Of a stretch of 64,000 nt of DNA, positions 1 to 9,209 are shown one piece after another. The notes beneath the pieces were generated by a model. The model saw only the letters and a program-made list of their open reading frames with translations, did no database searches and was not told the origin of the DNA. Numbering within the stretch: position 1 is the stretch's first letter; each line of letters opens with the position of its first letter. This DNA is from Cyanobacteria bacterium auto_48_18 (GTDB lineage Bacteria; Cyanobacteriota; Vampirovibrionia; Obscuribacterales; Obscuribacteraceae). The position numbers and the translations under genes are program-made. The stretch covers positions 32,001 to 96,000 of the forward strand of contig JAVHQC010000029.1 in assembly GCA_036170915.1 (NCBI GenBank), read 5' to 3'.

Positions 1-159
1 GCTGCTGGCCGATTCGCGCAATTGCTGAGCGCGCATCGCTCTTTCGTTGGCGAGATATGCCTGCATGGTAGCGGCCATGTCATCAGCGCTTGAAGCGGTT
101 TGTTTACGCTTCATTTTTTCCGAGAGAAAACTGACAATGTTTTGATTTTGCTCGTTCAT
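1..159 (-). CDS. Hypothetical protein, 5' part only (runs off the window start)
   Basis: ATG at 159 with GGAG just upstream, 3 bp after the stop of the aminotransferase gene. The frame is open to base 1 (MNEQNQNIVSFLSEKMKRKQ...). Confidence 0.7.
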   Translation of the reverse strand, partial: MNEQNQNIVSFLSEKMKRKQTASSADDMAATMQAYLANERAMRAQQLRESASS

Positions 160-162
160 TGA

Positions 163-1782
163 CTAGCTCCTGGTTTTAGCACGATAAGATGCTTTCGACT
201 TAGGTTTGTCTTTCTTACCAGCCGCTTTTTTAACGCCGGCTTTATTTGGTTTGGCAACTTTTTTCTTTTTCTTGCCCGATTCTGACAAACGTACAGGAGT
301 CAGAGTTGGGGTTATCACTTTATCGTTGCGCAGTTTTCGAGCTTTACTGATTAAAGTTGGCCTTCTGCGGTGGCGAATTTTTGTCAGCGGAGTAACTTCT
401 GCCCCAGGCGCATCTGGAGCCGGGACCGACATGGTGACAGCAGCAGAATCAGCCATTTCTTGCAGTTCAGCCAGGCGACCAGAATTGATATCGATCAGCA
501 CTGACTCGAGAGCATCAATCATGAAATTGATTTGCGACTCAGTAATAATCAATGGCGGTTCGATTCTGAAAGTACGGTTGGAATTAAGAGTAGAAGCCAC
601 AATTACGCCGCGATGGAAAAGCTCTACTTGAATTGCTTCACGCAAATCTTGGCTGGTGAATTCGAGTCCGATTAGCAAACCGCGACCGCGAACATCAAAA
701 ATATGCTCAGGATATTTCTCTTTTAACTCGTTCAATTTGCGCATGAAATAATTGCCCATCAAGGCAGCGCGAGCAGGCAAATGCTCTTCGAGCAAAACTT
801 CGATGCAGGCTGAAGCAGCTGAACAAGCCAGCGGGTTGCCACCAAATGTGGAGTTGTGAATGGTTGGATTCGGCTCTAATACTTTCCAGATTTTGGCTGT
901 TGACATAAAGGCGCCGATTGGCATTACGCCACCACCCAGTGCTTTTGCCAGACACAAAATATCTGGAACCACGCTTTCGTGCTCACAAGCAAACATGCGA
1001 CCGGTACGGCCCATGCCGGTTTGCACTTCGTCAAGAATAAGTAGAATGCCATATTTTTCAGTTAGCTGGCGAACTTTTCTCAAGTAGCCTTCGAAAGGCA
1101 CGTTGATTCCGCCTTCACCTTGAATCGGCTCTAAAATCACAGCTGCGGTCTGATCAGTAATGGCAGCTTCCATAGCTTCGATATTGCCAAACTCAACGTG
1201 ACTGAAGCCATTCAAAAGTGGAGCAAATGGTTTACGGAAAACGTCGCGGCCAGTGGCGGAGAGCGCACCCATACTGACGCCGTGATAAGCATTTTTGGTG
1301 GAAATAATCTCAGTTTTGCCGGTGTAAAGGCGGGCCAATTTGATGGCGCCTTCTACAGCTTCACTGCCGCTATTGCAGAAGAATGAATACTGCAAATCAC
1401 CAGGAGTGATGGCGGCCAACTGACTGGCAAGATGTGCTGACCACGGATTGATCAGTTCTTGGCTATGCAAGCAAACCTGGTCAAGCTGCATTTTTACAGC
1501 GTTAATTACTTTTGGATGGCGGTGTCCAACGTTGAAAATACCGTATCCGCCGAGGCAGTCGAGGTAACGACGACCTTTGTTGTCGTAGGTATAAACACCC
1601 TCATCTCTAAACTCAACAGCACCTTCGGCTCCAGAGAGCTTTTGCGAATAGGCGTTATTTAAGTGATTAATGGAATTGCTCAGCGCGCGCGATGCAATAT
1701 CTTCATAGTGATCAGCCTGGTCAGTATTGACTTTTGCCAGGGGGAACCTTTTGACCTGATTTTCTTTTTTATAAACTGCCAT
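163..1782 (-). CDS. patA: Class-III PLP aminotransferase, putrescine aminotransferase-like, with basic C-terminal tail
   Basis: Motifs DCLGGYGIFNVGHRHP, LHSQEL, SFFCNSGSEAVE, EPIQGEGG, DEVQTGMGRTG, LAKALGGG and TFGGNPLAC. Start taken at ATG 1782; the ORF extends to 1827. Confidence 0.8.
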   Translation of the reverse strand: MAVYKKENQVKRFPLAKVNTDQADHYEDIASRALSNSINHLNNAYSQKLSGAEGAVEFRDEGVYTYDNKGRRYLDCLGGYGIFNVGHRHPKVINAVKMQLDQVCLHSQELINPWSAHLASQLAAITPGDLQYSFFCNSGSEAVEGAIKLARLYTGKTEIISTKNAYHGVSMGALSATGRDVFRKPFAPLLNGFSHVEFGNIEAMEAAITDQTAAVILEPIQGEGGINVPFEGYLRKVRQLTEKYGILLILDEVQTGMGRTGRMFACEHESVVPDILCLAKALGGGVMPIGAFMSTAKIWKVLEPNPTIHNSTFGGNPLACSAASACIEVLLEEHLPARAALMGNYFMRKLNELKEKYPEHIFDVRGRGLLIGLEFTSQDLREAIQVELFHRGVIVASTLNSNRTFRIEPPLIITESQINFMIDALESVLIDINSGRLAELQEMADSAAVTMSVPAPDAPGAEVTPLTKIRHRRRPTLISKARKLRNDKVITPTLTPVRLSESGKKKKKVAKPNKAGVKKAAGKKDKPKSKASYRAKTRS

Positions 1783-2341
1783 ATAAATACGCTGGTTGCG
1801 GCTACGAAAATGTGTGACACTGCCCACAGTGCTTAAAACTGCGGAATACTTTTCGTCAAGCCTTGGTGGTGACTTAAACTTATGAATTAGATTGCTGAAT
1901 TTTTGTTCGCCTGATTCGCGGCATGCAAGCTGCGATCAATATCCTGGTAGGTCATGAAACCTTAAGAGGCCACGAACATCTAACCGCGATTTTTAAGCCC
2001 GCTAATGAAAAGAATTTTTCAGGGCTCTCGCCTTGGATGCTTTTGATAGTACTGGTGTTACAGCACGCATAATTTCCGGACCGATTTCTGTAGTCTTACC
2101 GGGATACCGAACTAGTAAAAAAGCTGTTGGCTGATTTATGAAGCCCACACCTGGATTTTTATTCCGCAAAATCGCGGTCTCCACGGCTTTTTCACTGGTC
2201 CTTATACATCTAATGTACACCACAAGCCGCATTAGACACAATGTGCACTCTGTACAAAAACCGCTACCAGAATTTAGCCAGAGTGTCTAAGAGAATCTTT
2301 ACACTCTACTGACAACACCGTCATATTTGACTTCACCTTAA

Positions 2342-2369
2342 GCGGAACAACCTTTCGAAAGGCGGCGTC
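2342..2369 (+). promoter_or_regulatory. Putative ECF sigma-factor promoter (GGAAC-N17-CGTC)
   Basis: GCGGAAC-aacctttcgaaaggcgg-CGTC lies about 95 bp upstream of the TPR gene. The same pattern and spacing recur at 50616-50643. Confidence 0.45.
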
Positions 2370-2390
2370 TTGGGCCATAATTACCTCAAT

Positions 2391-2428
2391 TGGCCGCCTA
2401 CATATAAAATGGCCTCCTACATATAAAA
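2391..2428. repeat. 19-bp tandem duplication
   Basis: TGGCCGCCTACATATAAAA followed by TGGCCTCCTACATATAAAA (1 mismatch). Confidence 0.85.
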
Positions 2429-2462
2429 ATAGCTAGCAGTAACAGTTAACGGTAAAAATCGG

Positions 2463-4574
2463 GTGCTAAAAAGAGCAATGTCTTCATCACATCTAAATTG
2501 TCGTCTGGCATCGTCACTCTTACTCACCAGCCTCCTTACGACGCTGCCAGGTTTACCAGCTCAGGCCCTCGACAAATTAGACCCCACTAGCGCCAATAGG
2601 CCCACAGCGCAAGTGATGCCGAAAGCCATGCTGGAACGTTATTATCAGGGCGTCACCTACTTTAAGGCCGGCGATTTAGATAAGGCTCTGGCAGCATTTC
2701 GTGCGGTGGTAATTAGCGCGCCATATGACCCCATGGTGCACCTTAGCCTGGCCGCAGTTTTGCACCAATCAGGCGACCTTGATAACGCTATTGCCGAATA
2801 TCGCCGCGCTCTAAGCTTAAGACCGGGCGACGCATTCGCTAGAATGAGCCTGGGTGGTCTATTGCAATCGCAAGGTCAGCTGCAAGAAGCCGTGATTGAA
2901 TATGATCACGCCATCAAGCTGCGCCCTGAAGTAGTGCTATTTCGTCTGCCTCTGGGCATTGCCCTGAGAATTGGAGGCAATAAAGATGAGGCCATTGCCG
3001 AACTGCGGCAGGTTGTGGCTGCTTATCCCTACAATCTAAAAGCGCTGGCGCAGCTGGCCGCCACATATGAAGATAAGGGGCAATACCAGCAGGCATTGAC
3101 TGAGTATCGCAAAATTCTTGTGCACCAACCGCAGAATTTTTCTATTCAATTTAATGCAGGCGCATGCTTGTTGGCTCTTAAAGACTATGCCGCCGCAGTG
3201 GAAACATTAACTAAGGCCGTGCAGCTCGATAGCTCTGTGCCGGAAGCTCATGCGCTGCTAGGGGCAGCACTATCGGCCAGCGGTCGCTATCCGCAGGCTG
3301 TCAGTGAACTACGCGCCGCTATTGCTATAAAGGCTGACCGGGCTGATTGGTACAGCCAATTAGGCGAAGCGCTAAACAAGCAAAAAGATACTAAAGGAGC
3401 GATTGAAGCTTACCGTCAGGCGCAAGTGCTAGATCCTAAAGACATAAACAGTGGCTATACATTGGGCTATCTATTGCAAAATAACGGCGATTTAGACGAA
3501 GCCGCCAGCTCTTTTGAGCACGTGGTCAGCCTGAGCCCGAACTTCGCCAACGCTCACTATAACCTCGGCATTATCAAACAAAAGAAAAAAGATCTGGACG
3601 GCGCCGAGCACGAGTTTAAGCAGGTACTGACCATTAACCCAACCGATGGTCAAGCCATGATTAACCTCGGCCGGACTTTTATTCTTAAAAACGATCCAGG
3701 TCAAGCGGCGGGGTATTATCGCCAGGGTTTGAGTCTTGAACCAAACGACCCTGCGGCTTTTCAGGAATTGGCCAACGCTTTGATCAAAATGAAAGACCTT
3801 GTGGGAGCCCGTTCTGCTTTAGAAGGTGCTCTGGCGATTGTGCCTGAAGACCGCAACGCCATTCTGGCCATGGCCAATTTGGAGAGCCTGGAGGGCACAC
3901 CAGCCAAGGGTGAAGCTCGACTGCGGGCCTTGATCATGCGTTATCCGAACGACCTTGAGTTACTGAACTTGCTGGCAGACAATCTGTCTGAGCAGGGCAA
4001 ACAGATTCTGGCTATCGATACTTATCAGCGCATCATTCAGTTAAATCCGACTTCAGCAGACGCATACAACGACCTGGGCTTGGCTTTGCAGAAGAAAGAA
4101 GATATGGGTGCCGCCACCACTATGTACAAAAAAGCCATTGACCTCAATCCTACCTTTGTCGAACCGCACATTAACCTGGGCAATATCTATCTCACGGCAA
4201 AGAACTACAACGACGCCAGTGTTCAGTATCAAAAAGCCCTAGAACTAAAGGCTGACAATGCTCTGGCTCACTACAATTTGGGCCTTACTTATAATGGCCT
4301 GGAAAACACAGAAGGTGCCCTGGCTGAGTACAATCTGGCAGTCAAATATGACCCTAATTTTGCCAATGCCTATTACGCCATTGGCCTGTCATACCAAAAT
4401 AAAAACGAAATCGAGCTGGCTGTGCCTGCCTTCGAGAAATATCTCAGCTTAGACCCTGCCGGGCCCTATAGCAGCACAGTTAAAACCACTCTTGAGCGAC
4501 TGCGGCCGGGCAGCGTGGGTGATTCTGGTGGTGGCGCTCAGCCTGGTGTGGCGCCTGGTGGCGGGTCGATGTGA
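2463..4574 (+). CDS. Secreted multi-TPR protein
   Basis: Signal-peptide-like N-terminus (…LPGLPAQA), then continuous 34-aa TPR units (e.g. AHYNLG, AYNDLG, P at repeat ends). Confidence 0.9.
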   Translation: MLKRAMSSSHLNCRLASSLLLTSLLTTLPGLPAQALDKLDPTSANRPTAQVMPKAMLERYYQGVTYFKAGDLDKALAAFRAVVISAPYDPMVHLSLAAVLHQSGDLDNAIAEYRRALSLRPGDAFARMSLGGLLQSQGQLQEAVIEYDHAIKLRPEVVLFRLPLGIALRIGGNKDEAIAELRQVVAAYPYNLKALAQLAATYEDKGQYQQALTEYRKILVHQPQNFSIQFNAGACLLALKDYAAAVETLTKAVQLDSSVPEAHALLGAALSASGRYPQAVSELRAAIAIKADRADWYSQLGEALNKQKDTKGAIEAYRQAQVLDPKDINSGYTLGYLLQNNGDLDEAASSFEHVVSLSPNFANAHYNLGIIKQKKKDLDGAEHEFKQVLTINPTDGQAMINLGRTFILKNDPGQAAGYYRQGLSLEPNDPAAFQELANALIKMKDLVGARSALEGALAIVPEDRNAILAMANLESLEGTPAKGEARLRALIMRYPNDLELLNLLADNLSEQGKQILAIDTYQRIIQLNPTSADAYNDLGLALQKKEDMGAATTMYKKAIDLNPTFVEPHINLGNIYLTAKNYNDASVQYQKALELKADNALAHYNLGLTYNGLENTEGALAEYNLAVKYDPNFANAYYAIGLSYQNKNEIELAVPAFEKYLSLDPAGPYSSTVKTTLERLRPGSVGDSGGGAQPGVAPGGGSM

Positions 4575-4584
4575 CATCTTTTGT

Positions 4585-4614
4585 AGAAAAAATACCTCCG
4601 GAGGTATTTTTTCT
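4585..4614. terminator. Perfect 30-bp palindrome, probable intrinsic terminator
   Basis: AGAAAAAATACCTCC|GGAGGTATTTTTTCT begins 10 bp after the TPR stop and has A/T tracts on both arms. Confidence 0.65.
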
Positions 4615-4764
4615 CGCAGTGACATCTGTCCAACGACCAATTCCTAGCGAATATTCAACTTAAAGAAAGGTGGCGCAAGCGAGATTGCAGGCGTCCGCCG
4701 TGGCATAACTCTGGAACGACATGTTATCCGCCACTGGCTGAGCAGTGTATTTAAGGAAAAATAT

Positions 4765-5538
4765 TTGATGGCATGCGGAGGCGAAGTATCAGAACAGCGA
4801 TTTGAACACTTCGTGCCCACGTACGATTACATCAAGTTTGGCGACTATACGCGACCATTAATGGGGGCCGCAACTTTTGGCCTGGTGCTCTCATTTATAG
4901 TCAGCACTCTGGCGTTCTTCGTCAGTGGGCCACTGATGGCAGGCATGATGTTTCTCATCTGTCTGGCCGTTTATACTGTGCAATTTCCTCTAGGTTTTTT
5001 GCTCTCAGCATTTATGCATCACTGTTTGTTTTTGCACCGGCTGCGTAAACATGGGCCGACCTGGTATATCCGCAAACAAACTCTAGACATTCCTAAAGCT
5101 GAAGCGTTTGAGCTTTGTCTGGCTGCTTGCGGCCAGATTGAACGAGCGCGCATCAGCGACTATGACGAAAAAAATGGCGTGGTGCGTCTGCAAGTGAAAG
5201 GCAATTTTTGGATTACAGTTGATCGCATGGTGGCCATTCAAGTGCAAGAATCTGGCCCCAGATCTTCAGTGCTTTATGTTGATTCGCAAATCAAACTGAC
5301 CCGCTTTCGCAGTCGTCTGATTAAGGCCACCTGGGGCGAAAAGTGGTATCCCATTGTCTTTCGCACCGATCGCAATTTGAATAACAAATTGATGAATGTA
5401 ATTACTAACTTCATTGATTCAGTACCCAACTGGGATCACCGCCACGTCAGCGTGGAACAGAAGCTCGAAGATCTGGACAACTATGTGCATCCAACTTTAA
5501 ATAGCACCACTGAAGATGATTTGCATCACGCCGCCTGA
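4765..5538 (+). CDS. Hypothetical membrane protein
   Basis: 257-aa ORF with two N-terminal hydrophobic helices and a soluble alpha/beta-looking C-terminal part. Confidence 0.75.
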   Translation: MMACGGEVSEQRFEHFVPTYDYIKFGDYTRPLMGAATFGLVLSFIVSTLAFFVSGPLMAGMMFLICLAVYTVQFPLGFLLSAFMHHCLFLHRLRKHGPTWYIRKQTLDIPKAEAFELCLAACGQIERARISDYDEKNGVVRLQVKGNFWITVDRMVAIQVQESGPRSSVLYVDSQIKLTRFRSRLIKATWGEKWYPIVFRTDRNLNNKLMNVITNFIDSVPNWDHRHVSVEQKLEDLDNYVHPTLNSTTEDDLHHAA

Positions 5539-5577
5539 ATTTTAGTATTCGCACACAAGCAGTTGAGCATTGCCAAC

Positions 5578-7302
5578 TTATGGACTGCGTTTGGGAATTA
5601 ATTCCTGTATTCGGTCTTCTCCAATTCTGGGAAATGGAATGTAGTCATAAATCACATTTGTTGTTACCCAAGGTTTATAGGTGTTCTCCCGGTACGTTTG
5701 GCTTGCCCAGCGCCAGCCTGTAACCCGATCAGCTGCGTATTCAAACTCAATCCAACCTCCGACGCTACCGCACATGCCCGCGTAATTTCGATAGCAATTT
5801 CCGAAATCGGGCTTACCGAGCAGCGCTTCAACCTGCGATCTCGGCATGCCTATCAGATCATAACTTCTCAGGAAATTTGCAAACTGCTCGTTGCGAGAAT
5901 TGACCTCTCTCTTCCAGACGACCGGCGAAAATGACGGATCAATAGTCGACTTTATCAATCGATCACTTCCGACTGGATTCACATACCAAGCTTTGATACC
6001 ACTGGCGGTGATGCCTGACTTTGTTATGATTGTACAACTTTTCTCTATTTTGCTCTGCCCAACTACATCTTGAGCCAGAACCGCAGTCCCATTAGCAAAG
6101 GCAATTTCCTGGCAGTTGCGGGCTGAAAAGACTGTTTTTCCATCGGATGTGAGAAGGGAGATATTCTTCCGCTCCTTCACAAACCGGTTCTCGTCTGAAT
6201 TACTACCTTGATAACACAAAATGAGTCCATCAGACTCCTTGGCGGCAAAGGTCTCAGGTGGAAATTCAAACAGCCCAGAACCATCTGCCTTAATGCATGT
6301 TAACTGATCTCCGCTATTCCGCTGTGCCAAATAATTCTCGCCAGACAGAAATTCCAGTCGCATCCAGTTTGGTTGTAGAACATAATTGAACTTTTTGTCG
6401 ATGATTCCATATCTGAGCGTTCCATCCTTTGTCCTAATTCTAACTACGGCCAGCCCATGATGAAACCCAAAAATATTCTCGTATTCTGGGGACGAGATAC
6501 GGTGCCCGTGCTGATCGATGAGATAACAACGCCTCCTTTTTAGATCAGCATATGCGGACCACACCCTGGCGAATCCATCTTGATCAAAGCTAGTGGCCCC
6601 TTCGAACTGCGGTTTGATGGCAACGCGGCCAGCGCTGTCAAAGTATCCCCACAGTGGTGTTTGACCACTGCGGTCAATGAATAGCATTCGATTAGCGAAA
6701 ATTTTTCCATCGGCTACTGTACCGTAGTCGAATAACGCAAGTGTCCCGGCCTCGCTGAACCTTTTTCGAGAAAGCGCGTCAAACGCAAATGCCACTTTTC
6801 CGTCTTTATAAACGGAGAATAAGCCAATTTTCTCTCGACCAATTTGTTGGAATTCCGGTTCAAGAAGTATATTCCCCTCAAGATCGGCGAGCCCATAACC
6901 TTGACTCGAATAAATCTCCACGATTGAGCCAGCGGGGGGAGACGTCCCAGCCCAAGCAGCCTTCCCATCCGCTGACTTCGGAAGAAACAAATTTGTCAAA
7001 AAAGTATTCTTCGGAACCTGAACTTGAAGCTCTTTGCCATGTTCATTTACAACATGCCCAGAAGCCGATGGTTGCACCGAATTGGTATCTGTTACCTCGC
7101 GCAGCAAGAATAGCCCACTACCAACATAGCTCACGGAGCGGAAGTTGCACGGTACGATTTCACGCCCAGCAGTATCTATGATGGTGCATTTTATCCGAGG
7201 AAAGGATTGAGCGGCCAGATTTGAGCTCACCCAACTGGTAAGGAACAAAATAATGATCAAGATCATTTTGATAGGCCTTCTAATGTGTCCTCGACTGGGC
7301 AT
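5578..7302 (-). CDS. Secreted WG-repeat protein
   Basis: Signal peptide, then WG/YG repeats (WGYFDSAGRVAIKPQF, YGIIDKKFNYVLQP, FHHGLAVV). Confidence 0.8.
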   Translation of the reverse strand: MPSRGHIRRPIKMILIIILFLTSWVSSNLAAQSFPRIKCTIIDTAGREIVPCNFRSVSYVGSGLFLLREVTDTNSVQPSASGHVVNEHGKELQVQVPKNTFLTNLFLPKSADGKAAWAGTSPPAGSIVEIYSSQGYGLADLEGNILLEPEFQQIGREKIGLFSVYKDGKVAFAFDALSRKRFSEAGTLALFDYGTVADGKIFANRMLFIDRSGQTPLWGYFDSAGRVAIKPQFEGATSFDQDGFARVWSAYADLKRRRCYLIDQHGHRISSPEYENIFGFHHGLAVVRIRTKDGTLRYGIIDKKFNYVLQPNWMRLEFLSGENYLAQRNSGDQLTCIKADGSGLFEFPPETFAAKESDGLILCYQGSNSDENRFVKERKNISLLTSDGKTVFSARNCQEIAFANGTAVLAQDVVGQSKIEKSCTIITKSGITASGIKAWYVNPVGSDRLIKSTIDPSFSPVVWKREVNSRNEQFANFLRSYDLIGMPRSQVEALLGKPDFGNCYRNYAGMCGSVGGWIEFEYAADRVTGWRWASQTYRENTYKPWVTTNVIYDYIPFPRIGEDRIQELIPKRSP

Positions 7303-7348
7303 TCGAATTTCTCTAACCTATCTATTGGCGCGCTCGATAGCACGCACC

Positions 7349-9184
7349 TTATCGACTTTGAACAGAATAATCCTGGTTCGCACGAGGGAGGTCCATGTTA
7401 GTCAAAGAATCAACAGTGCCGATTTCAGGGACCAGGATAACGTTATCTAAGAAGGGACTACTCTTATTATTGTCAGAGCCTGAGAAACGCCAGTCACAGA
7501 CACTTTCGTTCTCGAAATTGATGTCCACAAATACGTACTTATCCCCGCAGCAACCTCCACAAAGGATCATGTATCTCAGCGATGGTCGAACCGTCTTACT
7601 ATAGGGAGTTCCAGGTCCGAGTAAATCCAACACTTCCGGTCGACTCATCCCAATCAAGTTGTATTCATGAAGAAATCGACTGAACAGATCAAGTGCGTCG
7701 CCATAGTAGCCAGGCAACAACGAGCTCGTCGGCGGCAGCGGTGGAAAGCCGGAACTGCCTTGCAGTTCCTTCCATCTAATACTGTCAAAGTTAAAGGTGC
7801 CTCTCGCATTGCTCATAACAAACCTATCTGGTTCAGTCTGAGCTTCTACAATTCGGGGATATAACTGAGCAGCCAGCGTTGAAGATATAGGCCGATTGAG
7901 TTGGCCATCCCAACCTATCTGGGGATAGGGCCGGAAACTAGAGACTAAACCATTTGATGATATTCCAATGACACTAGGCTCGTCGAAGGCATACTGAGTC
8001 GACAAGATACCTGCCTCTGCTTGCTTACCAATTGAGCATTTGTATTCTGATTTCGGTAAACATCTATAGTACATACGTGTCCGATCTAAATCGTCGAACG
8101 ACATTGTTGACAATTCTTTTCCGGTATTGGAATAAACTGATACCTTCTTATCGCTTAATTTGGATGTGAAGTAACTGCCGTCCGTCTTAGCTAGAACCAG
8201 ACTGAACGCTGGTGGCAAAACCCATTCGAAATCTCGATTTACGACACCTTTGTCCTTTTTCAGCTCGCTCGCCAAATAAAACCCGTTCCATCGGCGCCCA
8301 AGCACAAGGTTACCAGTTGGCACGATTGTCCCTGACTTGTCGATAACGCGCAGGTTTGCGCCAGGATATGATTCTTTGCCGAACTTAGTTATAAGGGCCT
8401 GACCGTCCTGAAAATTACCAGCACCTTGAAATTGAGGTTCTATGGCGACTCGGCCAGATGCGTCCAGATACCCTGCCAGTTTCGGCTCGCCCACACAGGA
8501 AAAGCTGCGAAGTCCATCTGAATATCCGGATGCAATACTGTAGATGCCTTTCTGTGCAATCGGTTTAAGAGAGTGAGATTCTGCTTTAAAGATAAACGCA
8601 CGATCAGTTGGTTTTGTCGGTTCATCAGGGCATTCATTGCTCTGTTTGGCGATGGAACGCGATGGAAAATATCGAACGCGATTTTCAAACACAAGAGAAG
8701 TGCCACCATTTGTAGTGTCTATGGCACCAAATCGAGCCGGCAACACTTCTTTGCCTGCTGAATCGCAAAGACCGAATTTGCCTTGCCTTGAAAAGATAAC
8801 TAATGCCTTGTCCGGTAAAGCTGGAAAGAATGATGTTTTCTCATTTGTCATCCGCGAAGGTCCAAGGGAGTACACACCGATGAACTCGGCTCCAGCTGGA
8901 ACCCGGACTTCGAGCTCTTTCCCATCCCGATTGAAGAGAGAATACTTACAACCAGGAGCCAGTCCTGGAGCCATACTGCGCGTCAGGTACAAACCGTTGC
9001 CGAGAAAATGAACTTCCGAATATTTCGCTGCGAGAATTTCTCGCCCATCCGAATCCATTAACCCGAGCGGTTCCCCACCATGAGCGTAGATTGGCAGAAC
9101 TGACAGTGCGGAAGTGAGAAACTTTAACAGCGGAGAGGCATAGCCCATGACTTGGTTTGCTCGATGTAGTGGTTGTCTGTTCAT
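7349..9184 (-). CDS. Secreted WG-repeat protein, paralogue of the adjacent gene
   Basis: FGLCDSAGKEVLPARF and GYLDASGRVAIEPQF...FQDGQA repeats. N- and C-terminal blocks align by eye with 5578-7302. Confidence 0.8.
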   Translation of the reverse strand: MNRQPLHRANQVMGYASPLLKFLTSALSVLPIYAHGGEPLGLMDSDGREILAAKYSEVHFLGNGLYLTRSMAPGLAPGCKYSLFNRDGKELEVRVPAGAEFIGVYSLGPSRMTNEKTSFFPALPDKALVIFSRQGKFGLCDSAGKEVLPARFGAIDTTNGGTSLVFENRVRYFPSRSIAKQSNECPDEPTKPTDRAFIFKAESHSLKPIAQKGIYSIASGYSDGLRSFSCVGEPKLAGYLDASGRVAIEPQFQGAGNFQDGQALITKFGKESYPGANLRVIDKSGTIVPTGNLVLGRRWNGFYLASELKKDKGVVNRDFEWVLPPAFSLVLAKTDGSYFTSKLSDKKVSVYSNTGKELSTMSFDDLDRTRMYYRCLPKSEYKCSIGKQAEAGILSTQYAFDEPSVIGISSNGLVSSFRPYPQIGWDGQLNRPISSTLAAQLYPRIVEAQTEPDRFVMSNARGTFNFDSIRWKELQGSSGFPPLPPTSSLLPGYYGDALDLFSRFLHEYNLIGMSRPEVLDLLGPGTPYSKTVRPSLRYMILCGGCCGDKYVFVDINFENESVCDWRFSGSDNNKSSPFLDNVILVPEIGTVDSLTNMDLPRANQDYSVQSR

Positions 9185-9209
9185 GTACCGGCTGCAATAA
9201 TACTGCTTT

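Noticed and set aside
2002..2241. 79-aa ORF in the patA-TPR intergenic gap
   Set aside because: TTG start, no clear RBS and no recognisable motif, in a divergent promoter region. It cannot be supported.
2342..2375. Possible c-di-GMP-I riboswitch (CCTTTCGAAAGG hairpin)
   Set aside because: It lacks the GCAAACC...GGGACGCAAAGC core and the second stem. An ECF promoter explains the pattern better.
9131..9138. CGGAGAGG matching the tRNA-Ser 3' end, as a possible att site
   Set aside because: Only 8 bp and inside a CDS; the region in between holds core genes and no integrase.
5578..9184. Diversity-generating retroelement acting on the WG-repeat pair
   Set aside because: There is no reverse transcriptase and no near-identical template/variable repeat pair; the similarity is only at protein level.
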